Notes under the pieces: model-generated
Database searches by the model: none
Seen by the model: the letters and a program-made list of their open reading frames with translations, nothing else
What the model was told of the DNA's origin: nothing
NCBI GenBank assembly: GCA_037140515.1
Contig: JBAXEI010000003.1
Coordinates: forward strand, 300-64,299
From: Candidatus Berkelbacteria bacterium
GTDB lineage: Bacteria > Patescibacteriota > UBA1384 > XYA2-FULL-43-10 > 1-14-0-10-43-13
DNA length: 64,000 nucleotides
Direction: 5' to 3'
Part shown: positions 9,365-18,160 of the stretch, piece by piece
Layout of the letters: every line of letters begins with the position of its first letter
Position numbering within the stretch: position 1 is the first letter of the stretch
Position numbers and translations under genes: made by a program

Positions 9365-10054
9365 TTAGCTCAGTATCTCTACTACCGTTGCATCGGCGAG
9401 GACTTTCATCGTGTCAAATATTTTTAGCTTTGGATGCTTTGGAATCAGGAGCTGCAGATCGGTGCAAGCAAGCATCACACAGTCAACATTTTTCGCTTCG
9501 AAATCACCAATTATCTTGATGAATTCTTCCCTATCTCTATTATTCTGACGACCAGTAACAAGGTTCATAATAAACTTACCCATCTTGGCCTGCTGGTAAT
9601 CGTCCGGGGTTGCATACTGGATGGCAGACTCAGCAAAGGCATTTTCATACAGCTTGTTCTCAATTGTTGCTGAAGTCGAGACAATACCTACTCGAGAAAA
9701 ACTTGATTCTTTGATGAACTTGACCGTCTCTTCAACTATGCTAAGAACTGGAATGCTTACGCTTTTTCTGATCTCTTCAATGAAGATATGAAGCGAATTA
9801 CAGGGCATGACGATAAAGTCGGCGCCAGCCTTTTCCAAGCGTTGCGCCTCAGCCGTCAAATACGGAATATAGCGCTCTGAGCCTACATTTCTCATTATCA
9901 GATCTTCTTCAATTTGGTATGGAAGCGGAACACTAGAAATTATTATATTTGGACGAGCGGTCTTGTTCTTCTCCTGGCATGAGAAGATAACGTCAAGATA
10001 AAACTCAGCTGTTGTTTCCGGACCAACTCCACCTATTATCCCTACTTTTTTCAT
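9365..10054 (-). CDS. Aspartate/glutamate racemase family protein
   Basis: MKKVGIIGGVGPETTAEFY...VMPCNSLH...MLACTDL. Start set at the ATG at 10054, which has an AAGGAG RBS. Confidence 0.8.
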   Translation of the reverse strand: MKKVGIIGGVGPETTAEFYLDVIFSCQEKNKTARPNIIISSVPLPYQIEEDLIMRNVGSERYIPYLTAEAQRLEKAGADFIVMPCNSLHIFIEEIRKSVSIPVLSIVEETVKFIKESSFSRVGIVSTSATIENKLYENAFAESAIQYATPDDYQQAKMGKFIMNLVTGRQNNRDREEFIKIIGDFEAKNVDCVMLACTDLQLLIPKHPKLKIFDTMKVLADATVVEILS

Positions 10055-10137
10055 ATATGGCTCCTTCTTTATTACGCTATTTGCTCTACTGAGATTACAA
10101 TATTTAGCTAAAATACACAAACGGATGTGCACGGTGT

Positions 10138-10173
10138 TACAACAAAAGCGCTTCTTTCGAAGCGCTTTTGTAA
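10138..10173. terminator. Palindromic bidirectional intrinsic terminator (rpsI 3' side)
   Basis: ACAACAAAAGCGCTTC-TTTC-GAAGCGCTTTTGT. Same stem sequence as 9316-9352. Confidence 0.6.
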
Positions 10174-10189
10174 ATATAGAATGGACTGG

Positions 10190-10582
10190 TTATCTTTTTG
10201 CCCATTGTGGTGCTCTTCGAGCGCCGCGTAGACCTGGTTTCTTTCTCTCTTTTTCTCTTGGGTCTCTCATGATGAAGCCAGCTTTTTTCAAAGTAGTCTT
10301 CAACTCTGGATCGAATTTCTCAAGAGCTCTTGAGATGCCGAGACGGATAGCTTCCTGTTGGCTGACTTTGCCGCCACCAGATACTCGAGCGTGAACGCCG
10401 AATTTGCCAGTTTGACCAACAAGTTCAAGTGGAGCAAGAGCGACTTCTGAGAAGTCAACTTTTTTGTTGTTGATCGCAAAAGTTTTGTCATCACCAGAAA
10501 TCTTAACCGATGCGATAGCAGTTTTTCGTCTGCCTACAGCGGTCCAATATTTTGTTGAAACTGATTTTTTCTCTTCTACCAT
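10190..10582 (-). CDS. rpsI: 30S ribosomal protein S9
   Basis: GRRKTAIASV...ARRAPQWAKR C-terminus. Confidence 0.95.
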   Translation of the reverse strand: MVEEKKSVSTKYWTAVGRRKTAIASVKISGDDKTFAINNKKVDFSEVALAPLELVGQTGKFGVHARVSGGGKVSQQEAIRLGISRALEKFDPELKTTLKKAGFIMRDPREKERKKPGLRGARRAPQWAKR

Positions 10583-10602
10583 TATTTTCCTTGTGTGATC
10601 GA

Positions 10603-11019
10603 TTATTTAGTATTGACGAACTTGATATCTGTATGAGGGTGAGCTTCTGTGGAATAAAGCTTCAAGCGTGCCAAGAATTTCTTCTGAAGTCTGTTTTTTG
10701 GCAACATGCCGTTTACAGCGATTTTCAGGACTTCACCTGGTTTCTTCTCTTTGAGCTCGCCGACTGTTGTAGTCTTCAAGTTACCGAGGTAGCCAGTGTG
10801 CTTATAATATCTCTTCTGCTCTTCCTTTTTGCCAGTCAAAATGAATTGATCAGCGTTGATGACGACTACGTTGTCTCCGCCATCTGCATTTGGAGCAAAG
10901 CTTGTTTTGTTTTTACCACGAAGTAGGTCAGCGATTTCAGTCGCCAAACGGCCAAGAATCTTGCCTTTGGCATCTAGAAGATACCAATTTCGATTTTCTG
11001 TTGTAATTTCTGTGGTCAT
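10603..11019 (-). CDS. rplM: 50S ribosomal protein L13
   Basis: WYLLDAKGKILGRLATEIADLLRGK. Confidence 0.95.
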   Translation of the reverse strand: MTTEITTENRNWYLLDAKGKILGRLATEIADLLRGKNKTSFAPNADGGDNVVVINADQFILTGKKEEQKRYYKHTGYLGNLKTTTVGELKEKKPGEVLKIAVNGMLPKNRLQKKFLARLKLYSTEAHPHTDIKFVNTK

Positions 11020-11020
11020 G

Positions 11021-11437
11021 TTATTTCACCTTCTCTGTAGTTTTAGCTTCTTTTGTCTCAGAAACTTCAGCTTTCTTCGCTTCTTCTGCTTCCATAACTT
11101 TTCTGTCGACAAGTTCTACTCGAATCATTGGAGCGTTGTCACCAAGACGATTCTTCAAGTGGTAAGTGCGAGTGAATCCACTCTCACGACCCTCGTATCG
11201 AGGTACAAGTACTTCGATAGTCTTCTTGACGGCGTTTCGGTCCAAGAATACAGTATGTAATTTTCTGATTGCTGTCAGATTGTTAGGTTTTGCGTCAGCA
11301 ATAATTTTGTCCAAAAAAGTCTTGACTTCTTTGGCTTTTGCCTCAGTCGTATCAATTCTTTCATATAGGACCAAAGAAGTAGCCAAATTTCTTAGCATAA
11401 GTTCTCTGTGGTCTTTGTTTCTGCTTAACTTTCTCAT
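11021..11437 (-). CDS. rplQ: 50S ribosomal protein L17
   Basis: MRKLSRNKDHRELMLRNLATSLVLYERIDTT. Confidence 0.95.
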   Translation of the reverse strand: MRKLSRNKDHRELMLRNLATSLVLYERIDTTEAKAKEVKTFLDKIIADAKPNNLTAIRKLHTVFLDRNAVKKTIEVLVPRYEGRESGFTRTYHLKNRLGDNAPMIRVELVDRKVMEAEEAKKAEVSETKEAKTTEKVK

Positions 11438-11444
11438 TGAGGTA

Positions 11445-12383
11445 TTATTTGCTTAATATTTCATTAATTTCTACGATGCCTTTTTTGCCTAAGCCTTTGA
11501 TTTCTTCAAGCTTGAGCTGTGAAAGGCGCTTCAATCCGCCGACTGTTTTGATACCAGCGTTGACCAAAGCATTGGTTGTTCGTGGTGAGAAATTTAATTC
11601 TTCAATCTTAGTCTTTGAATTTACTTCATCTATATCATCCGACATGATTTCATCTTCAGCAACTTCACCATCTGCAACTTCTACTGCTGGAGCATCAACT
11701 TCTGGAATACCCATGATGAAAGAGTTGTAATGCTCAACAAGTACTGCTGATGCTTCGTCAAGTGCGTCTTTTGGTGTGATTGTACCGTTTGTGACAACTT
11801 CAAGTGTAAGCTTGTCATAATTGGTGATCTGTCCAACACGAGTGTCTTCAACCGCGATAGAAACACGTTGTACTGGTGAGAAAAGTGAATCTACTACGAT
11901 TCTACCAATCTCGTTTTTCTCTGATGTTTCGATGCTAACAGTTTTAAAACCACGGCCTTTTTCGATTGTAACTTCCATATTGAAATCAGCACCCTTGTCC
12001 AATGTGATAATGTGAGCTTCAGGATTCAAGATTTCGATATTGCTGTTTGCTTTGAAGTCCTTAGCAGTAACGATTCCTGGGCCTTTTTTGGAAACTTCGA
12101 TTACGACTGGCTCATCGCTAAATGACTTAGCAGCGATACCCTTCAAGTTCATAATCACTTCGACAACATCCTCTTTTGCGTGAGGGATTGAAGAAAATTC
12201 ATGGCTGATTCCGTCGATCTTGAAAGATGTAGGAGCTGCACCGATGATTGATGACAAAAGAACTCTTCGTAGAGAATTACCAATTGTAGCACCGTAGCCA
12301 GGATAAAGTGGCTCGATAATAAACTTCGAGTGCTGGAGGTCGATCTTCTCTTCTTCTATCTGAGGCAGGTTAATTTTTTCCAT
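11445..12383 (-). CDS. rpoA: DNA-directed RNA polymerase alpha subunit
   Basis: 312 aa, N-terminal dimerisation domain and C-terminal domain. Conserved position between rpsD and rplQ. Confidence 0.9.
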   Translation of the reverse strand: MEKINLPQIEEEKIDLQHSKFIIEPLYPGYGATIGNSLRRVLLSSIIGAAPTSFKIDGISHEFSSIPHAKEDVVEVIMNLKGIAAKSFSDEPVVIEVSKKGPGIVTAKDFKANSNIEILNPEAHIITLDKGADFNMEVTIEKGRGFKTVSIETSEKNEIGRIVVDSLFSPVQRVSIAVEDTRVGQITNYDKLTLEVVTNGTITPKDALDEASAVLVEHYNSFIMGIPEVDAPAVEVADGEVAEDEIMSDDIDEVNSKTKIEELNFSPRTTNALVNAGIKTVGGLKRLSQLKLEEIKGLGKKGIVEINEILSK

Positions 12384-12400
12384 ATTTCTCCTTTAGAATA

Positions 12401-12994
12401 TTATCTTGAGTAGAACTCAATGATTAGATTTTCATTAACTGGTGTGTCGATCTCATCTCGAACTGGAAAATGTTTTACTTTGCCAGACAATTTCTTAGTA
12501 TCAGCTTCCAACCAAGTGATAGAAGGATTTAGGGAAAGCTCTTTGAATCTTGCAGGTCTCATTGGCTCAAGAACATCACCAATTTTGAGCTGATATGAAG
12601 AAATAGTTACGCGTTGACCGTTTACCTTGAAACCACCGTGAGAAACCATCTGTCGAGCAGATGAACGAGATACTGCGAAACCTAAGCGATAAACGATGTT
12701 ATCGATTCTTGTTTCGATAAGACGCATGATATTTTCAGTCTTGATACCAGGGATTCTATCAGCTTCAGTAGCGTATTTTCTCAAATGGCTTTCTGAAATG
12801 TTGTAGATTTTCTTAGCTTTTTGCTTTTCGCGAAGCTGCTTGCCGTATTCTGACATTTTGCCATGAAAACCTTGACCATGATCGCCAGGGGCATATGGTC
12901 TTTTGTTCATTGCACATTTAGTTGACAAACAACGCTCTCCCTTTAGGGATAGTTTCTCACCTTCTCTTCGGCATTTTTTACAAGCTAACAACAT
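12401..12994 (-). CDS. rpsD: 30S ribosomal protein S4 (zinc-finger form)
   Basis: CKKCRREGEKLSLKGERCLSTKC plus S4 domain RLDNIVYRLGFA. Confidence 0.95.
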   Translation of the reverse strand: MLLACKKCRREGEKLSLKGERCLSTKCAMNKRPYAPGDHGQGFHGKMSEYGKQLREKQKAKKIYNISESHLRKYATEADRIPGIKTENIMRLIETRIDNIVYRLGFAVSRSSARQMVSHGGFKVNGQRVTISSYQLKIGDVLEPMRPARFKELSLNPSITWLEADTKKLSGKVKHFPVRDEIDTPVNENLIIEFYSR

Positions 12995-13024
12995 TTTATA
13001 ACCTTCGATTGATAATAAATTTGA

Positions 13025-13429
13025 TTAAACTCTTCTTGGCTTCTTAGCACGGCAACCGTTATGAGCGATTGGAGTAACGTCTTTGATCACACTAGCTTCA
13101 ATGTTTGCAGCAGCGAGAGCGCGGACAGCTGAATCTCGTCCTGGACCTACACCTGATACAAATATATTTGCTTTTGCGAATCCACGTAATTTTGCTTTCT
13201 CGATAGCGTTAGCAACAGCAAGCTGAGCAGCGTATGGAGTAGACTTTTTTGCTCCTTTGAATCCAAGAGCGCCGGCTGAAGCAGATGCGATTGCATTGCC
13301 ACGATCGTCAGTGATTGTGATCAAAGTATTGTTAAAAGTTGACTGAATATATACTGATCCAGAAGCAACAACGTGTTTAGCGCGTTTCTTTACTATCTTG
13401 GTTGTTTTCTTTGCTGTGTCTTTAGCCAT
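13025..13429 (-). CDS. rpsK: 30S ribosomal protein S11
   Basis: ...AHNGCRAKKPRRV C-terminus. Confidence 0.95.
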   Translation of the reverse strand: MAKDTAKKTTKIVKKRAKHVVASGSVYIQSTFNNTLITITDDRGNAIASASAGALGFKGAKKSTPYAAQLAVANAIEKAKLRGFAKANIFVSGVGPGRDSAVRALAAANIEASVIKDVTPIAHNGCRAKKPRRV

Positions 13430-13449
13430 AATATGATTTCTAAGTATTA

Positions 13450-13833
13450 TTATTTCTTATCTGCTGTTTTGCGACCTGAACCAACTGTGACCTTTCGGCC
13501 TCTTTTTGTTCGAGCGTTTGTCTTTGTTCGTTGACCGCGAACTGGCAAGCCTGAAGTATGTCTTACACCTCTATAGCTGTTGATTTCGCGAAGTCTTTTG
13601 ATGTTCTGGCTAACTTCTGTACGAAGATCACCTTCAATCTTATATTTTTTGATAATAAGCTGACGAATTTTTTCTAGATCTTCATCTGGAACGTCTTTCA
13701 TACGTGTGTCAGGATTGATCTTGAGCTCAGAAAGCATCTTCTTGCTGATTGATGGACCAATGCCATACAAATAAGTAAGAGCGATTTCAAGTCTTTTTTC
13801 GTTTGGTAAATTTATTCCAGCGATTCTAGCCAT
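13450..13833 (-). CDS. rpsM: 30S ribosomal protein S13
   Basis: MARIAGINLP N-terminus. Confidence 0.95.
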   Translation of the reverse strand: MARIAGINLPNEKRLEIALTYLYGIGPSISKKMLSELKINPDTRMKDVPDEDLEKIRQLIIKKYKIEGDLRTEVSQNIKRLREINSYRGVRHTSGLPVRGQRTKTNARTKRGRKVTVGSGRKTADKK

Positions 13834-13982
13834 TTTTATCCTTGTCTCTGTTTATGTTTTGGATTTTCACACAACACAAAAACTCGCTTCTTTGTGCTAA
13901 TTCGGGAAGATTTACCCTTTTTGCTTCTGATCACGATTTTGCATTTATTACAGATTTTCTTTACAGATGCTTGAACTTTCAT
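13834..13982 (-). CDS. rpmJ: 50S ribosomal protein L36 (48 aa, with an internal insertion of about 10 aa)
   Basis: My own translation, not in the ORF track because it is under 60 aa: [48 protein letters not shown]. The bL36 ends are conserved (MKV.ASVKKIC..C ... [11 protein letters not shown]). It sits in the canonical infA-rpmJ-rpsM position and its stop abuts the rpsM start. Confidence 0.75.
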
Positions 13983-14042
13983 TTCGTTTGAACTCTTGGT
14001 TATTGAAAATAAAAAATTCCCCTTGACAACAAGCCCTATAAT

Positions 14043-14288
14043 TTACTGTCGTGGTGTGTATGTTTGTCCTGGATTGAATCTTCGGACTACACGACCGCGG
14101 CTTAAATCATATGGAGTGAGCTCGAGTAAAACCGAGTCACCAGTAATCACTTGAATACGGTTCTGTTTCATGCGACCAGACAAATAACCCAAGACGGTGT
14201 GACCGCTCTCAAGTTGGATTCGATACTTTGAGTCTGGTAGGACTTCAGTAACTTTACCCGTGATTTCAATGCTTTCTTTGTTTGCCAT
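14043..14288 (-). CDS. infA: Translation initiation factor IF-1
   Basis: S1-like OB fold ...GKVTEVLPDSKYRIQLESGHTVLGYLSGRMK... Confidence 0.9.
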   Translation of the reverse strand: MANKESIEITGKVTEVLPDSKYRIQLESGHTVLGYLSGRMKQNRIQVITGDSVLLELTPYDLSRGRVVRRFNPGQTYTPRQ

Positions 14289-14394
14289 ATATTACTTATA
14301 GAAATGTAACATAAATATTAATCTAAGTCAACACTATTTTGCTACGTTTCCTCGTGATATTGTCTACTATTTATAAATAATATTTTATTATTCT

Positions 14395-14486
14395 GTCATT
14401 CCAGCCTGTAAGCTCGAGAGGCGTAATCCAAGAAGCCTTCTTCCGAATTGTCTTCGCCTAGATCCCAGCCTTCGCTGGGATGACAA
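14395..14486. mobile_element. MITE-like palindromic element, subfamily B (copy B1)
   Basis: TGTCATTCCAGCCTGTAAGCTCGAGAG...GATCCCAGCCTTCGCTGGGATGACA. The terminal hairpin is ATCCCAGC-CTTC-GCTGGGAT. Confidence 0.5.
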
Positions 14487-14515
14487 TCAAAGATGAGTTT
14501 AATGTGATTTTGACG

Positions 14516-15274
14516 CTAATCGGTCACAATATGAGTCTCGCCCTGCCAGATTACAACTGTATGCTCGAAGTGAGCACAGAGTGACTTGTCGGCCATCGTA
14601 ATCGTCCAATTATCGGGGCCAACCTCGACTCTATAGTCGCCGAGTGAGAGCATCGGCTCGATAGCGAGCGCCATACCTTCGACTATGCGTGGACCAGTAT
14701 TTTTCATGCCATAGTTTGGAATTTGCGGCGCCATATGAGGCTGTTTGCCAATTCCATGGCCGACTAAATCACGAATAACGCCGAGATTGTTTGCTTCTGC
14801 AAAAGATTGCACCGCGTAGCCGATATCGCCGATCTTGTTGCCTATTTTTGCTTCGCTGATACCACGATCGAGCGACTGCTTCGTCACTTCTAGTAGCCTC
14901 TGCGTAGCAGGCGCGACTTCACCAACAGCAACTGTGTAAGCCATATCGGTACACATTCCGTTGTATTTCGCACCAATATCGAGGGAAACAATGTCCCCTT
15001 CTTTGATAATTCGATCTTTTTTTGGTATTCCATGTACAAGCTCATCGTTTATACAAATACAAGCTGCAGCAGGAAAATAGCCAGATCCACCGACATAGTA
15101 GTTCTTGAACGATGGCACGGCGCCACTTTGCACAATTTCAGAGTCGACAACTTCGTCAACCTCTAGCGTCGAGACGCCAGGCTTGATTGCAGCTAGACCT
15201 TTTTGCATTGCACGCTTAAGTATTAAACCACTAGCCGTAATGTTGTCGAAATCTTCCTGATTTAGGATATGCAT
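14516..15274 (-). CDS. map: Methionine aminopeptidase, type I
   Basis: Metal ligands and a pita-bread fold pattern. Conserved position after adk. Confidence 0.9.
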   Translation of the reverse strand: MHILNQEDFDNITASGLILKRAMQKGLAAIKPGVSTLEVDEVVDSEIVQSGAVPSFKNYYVGGSGYFPAAACICINDELVHGIPKKDRIIKEGDIVSLDIGAKYNGMCTDMAYTVAVGEVAPATQRLLEVTKQSLDRGISEAKIGNKIGDIGYAVQSFAEANNLGVIRDLVGHGIGKQPHMAPQIPNYGMKNTGPRIVEGMALAIEPMLSLGDYRVEVGPDNWTITMADKSLCAHFEHTVVIWQGETHIVTD

Positions 15275-15924
15275 AGTTTCTCTTCTATTTCTTTGGCAAC
15301 ATCAGGCACAGATTGCTCACCATTAATTTCATAAACTGTCCCACCATGAGTCCGATAAAATTCAACAACTTCTCGAGTTTTTGGTAGGTACCGGCTAACT
15401 CTCTCACGTACCGTGTCCTCGTTGTCATCACTCCGAACGACAAGAGCACCGCCACACTTCTCGCAGATCATCTCGTCTGTTACACCATAGACAGCGTCGC
15501 ATGAAGAACATACTTTTCGAGAAATTGCTCTTTTGACCGAAGTTTCAGGGTCTGTTTTGATGAATACAAGTACAGGCTCGGCGAAAAAGCTAGAATTTTC
15601 AGCCACAAAATCAAAGATGAACTTGGCTTGAGGAGTGCTAAATGGGAAATTCGCAAAAACTGTGCTTTCACTTGTGTGAGTAAGATAATCCTTCACCAAA
15701 TCGATAACAATATCATCAGGCTGAGGAATGCCTTCGTCATAACGTTTCTTCACTTCAGCGATAAATGGATCAGCGGGATCAAGCTCAATCATTTTTCTGA
15801 CGAGATCACCGGCACTCACGATCGGCTTCAAGCCGACTTTCTGAATGAAAATCTCTGCTTGAGTATCTTTGCCCGACGCAGGGAGACCGATGAAGGAATA
15901 AATTGTCCTTCTTGTGTCTTTCAT
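15262..15924 (-). CDS. adk: Adenylate kinase (zinc-lid form)
   Basis: P-loop GLPASGKDTQ; lid CSSC...CEKC. Confidence 0.9.
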   Translation of the reverse strand: MKDTRRTIYSFIGLPASGKDTQAEIFIQKVGLKPIVSAGDLVRKMIELDPADPFIAEVKKRYDEGIPQPDDIVIDLVKDYLTHTSESTVFANFPFSTPQAKFIFDFVAENSSFFAEPVLVFIKTDPETSVKRAISRKVCSSCDAVYGVTDEMICEKCGGALVVRSDDNEDTVRERVSRYLPKTREVVEFYRTHGGTVYEINGEQSVPDVAKEIEEKLCIS

Positions 15925-15936
15925 GTTTGTTCTTCT

Positions 15937-17208
15937 TTAATAGCGTTCGTAAGTATGCATCATCATCTGAGATTGAATCTGCCTCATTGTTTCGACCACG
16001 ACCGAAACAATGATAAGGATACCAGTGCCACCGAGAGTTAGAGTTGTAATGTTTGTAATTGATTGTACGATAAATGGTAAAACAGCGATGATGCCGAGGA
16101 ACGTTGCGCCAAAAAGTGTGATGCGTCCAATGACAGCGGCGAGGTAATTCTTGGTCTCGGTACCAGGGCGAATTCCAGGGATAAAGCCACTTTGCTTCTG
16201 TAAATTTTCGGCGACTTGAGATGGTTTGAAAACAACACTGGTATAAAAATATGTAAAAATAAATACTAGAACAAAGTAAGCAATGCCATAGAAGACCTGA
16301 TTGCCGATCAGCGCAGTCATGCTCTTTGCAAAGTGAGCAACCCAAGGAGTTCGCGCTGCCTCAAGATATTTGGCCAAGACACCAGGAATCACCAACATGC
16401 TCATCGCGAAAATGATTGGAATAACGCCAGCGATGTTTACACGAATCGGTAAATGACTGCTGAAGCCACCGGATTGACCGAGGCGTGCCTTTCGGGCATA
16501 GGTGACTGGGATATTTCTTTGGCCTTCTTGAATAGTGATAATTGCTGCAGTTACCGCAAGCAGGATAAGTGCATAGAAAATCGCACCAATGATTTTGGAT
16601 GTATCGCCAGACTGTAGCAAAAGTGCTGTATTTCTGATCTGCGCCGGATAAGCAGAAAGTATTCCAAGACCGATGATCATCGAAACGCCATTGCCTATCC
16701 CCTTTTCGGTGATCAGCTCACCAATCCACATGAGAAGTATCGTACCCGCAGTAACTGAGATAAGCATGACGGTGAGATCAAATGCGGTCCAATCAGGGAT
16801 AATCCCTTGATTGCGAAGCAAAATAAGCATGCTGTAAGCCTGAATAATCGCAAGAGGAACAGTCAGCATACGAGTATACATATTTATCTTTTGCTTGCCA
16901 GCTTCACCTTCCTTTTGCATCTCCTCAAACTTCGGAAAGATCATTCCCATGAGCTGGAAGATGATAGAAGAAGTGATATATGGACCAACGCCCATCAGAA
17001 TGATTGAGAAGTTGCTCATCGTTCCGCCCGAAAACATGTTCAAAAAGCCAAAAACTTGATTCTGGGAGAAGAAAACTTGAAGCTTGTCGAGGTCAACGCC
17101 AGGAAGCGGAATATGGGCCAATATCCTAGTCAAAACCAAAAGAAGAACAGTCACAATGATTTTGTTTCTTAGATCTTTGTAGCCCCAGATTTTCGCAAAT
17201 TTATCCAT
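15937..17208 (-). CDS. secY: Preprotein translocase subunit SecY
   Basis: 423 aa, 10 TM, conserved SecY segments (GIMPYIT-like, GGTGILI). Confidence 0.95.
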   Translation of the reverse strand: MDKFAKIWGYKDLRNKIIVTVLLLVLTRILAHIPLPGVDLDKLQVFFSQNQVFGFLNMFSGGTMSNFSIILMGVGPYITSSIIFQLMGMIFPKFEEMQKEGEAGKQKINMYTRMLTVPLAIIQAYSMLILLRNQGIIPDWTAFDLTVMLISVTAGTILLMWIGELITEKGIGNGVSMIIGLGILSAYPAQIRNTALLLQSGDTSKIIGAIFYALILLAVTAAIITIQEGQRNIPVTYARKARLGQSGGFSSHLPIRVNIAGVIPIIFAMSMLVIPGVLAKYLEAARTPWVAHFAKSMTALIGNQVFYGIAYFVLVFIFTYFYTSVVFKPSQVAENLQKQSGFIPGIRPGTETKNYLAAVIGRITLFGATFLGIIAVLPFIVQSITNITTLTLGGTGILIIVSVVVETMRQIQSQMMMHTYERY

Positions 17209-17310
17209 TGACTAGACTATATCGGATATGCAGGGTAAAATCAATGATTTTCTCGAAATTTCACGCTGAAATTTGGAATATTCGAAATATGCGTAAGAAG
17301 TATGATAAAC

Positions 17311-17339
17311 ATTGACTAATCTGTCATAAATTGATATAG
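17311..17339 (+). promoter_or_regulatory. Sigma70-like promoter for the inserted cassette
   Basis: TTGACT-17 nt-TATAGT, about 95 nt upstream of the ATG at 17440. Confidence 0.5.
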
Positions 17340-17439
17340 TATCAAAGCATTTTTACATCGTATTCATACACGTAAATTTGCCATCAGCAGGTGCTTGATC
17401 TCAGTGGAGCAAGAAACAAAACTGATGAGTTGGAGATAA

Positions 17440-18020
17440 TTATGTCAGCAGAATCGATCACGATCCCCTATCCTGTCTGGGAAGGAGCAAATCAGGTTAA
17501 CATCTTGGTAAATGTGATCAAACGCCACGGTTTAAGAAGGAATCTTCCGCTTAGTCTGCTCCCCAGAGGCGCCTTTGTACCATCCGACTATAAAATATCG
17601 GATACAAAAAAGCCAGATGGCTCGTGGATGGACAGAATCTACGCCGACTATTGGGCTGGCCGAGGCTATGGAGTAAAAGCTACCATAATCTCAAAAAACA
17701 GTCCCCTTGCGAGCAAAAAGTCGCAGAACGACTGGACACTCATTCATGTCACAGTTCGCTTCAAGCACGGAGGCGAAAAAATCATCATCCAGCTAAACGC
17801 GGAAGAAATCGAGCTTATCTTGAAATGTGCATATTGTGAAGAAAACGGTGAGGACAATAGCCGATGGACTGATCAAGTAGAGATGATACTCGACGAGGCT
17901 ATGGCGGAGATTTACACCAAAAGCCCAAATCCGACTCATGAATCGGCACCTACGTTAGCCGAGAAAGATCACAAAACAAAAAATCCTGACGAGGACTACA
18001 GATTCGGGAAGTATCTATAA
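17440..18020 (+). CDS. Hypothetical protein (no recognisable domain), first gene of a cassette inserted between secY and rplO
   Basis: ORF with a GGAG RBS 8 bp upstream of ATG 17440 (MSAESITIPYP...). The ORF track begins at 17391 with a non-ATG start. Confidence 0.6.
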
Positions 18021-18033
18021 TTTCAGAACATTA

Positions 18034-18055
18034 GGGACGTCTTAATTGACGTCCC
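18034..18055. repeat. 22-nt perfect palindrome GGGACGTCTTAATTGACGTCCC (copy 1)
   Basis: Directly 3' of the 17440-18020 gene. No T-run follows it. Confidence 0.7.
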
Positions 18056-18160
18056 GCACTCTTTGATCAAGATTTAGAGTTTTACATCAAAATTCCAATC
18101 TTCATCAAAGCCAAATAGGATCAAACACGAAAATCGTGCCTATGGTTATGGAGGTGAAGT

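Noticed and set aside
17391-17439. Track start at 17391 (MLDLSGARNK...) for the first cassette gene
   Set aside because: It is a non-ATG start without an RBS. The ATG at 17440 has a GGAG RBS 8 nt upstream and sits at a sensible distance from the promoter, so I preferred it.
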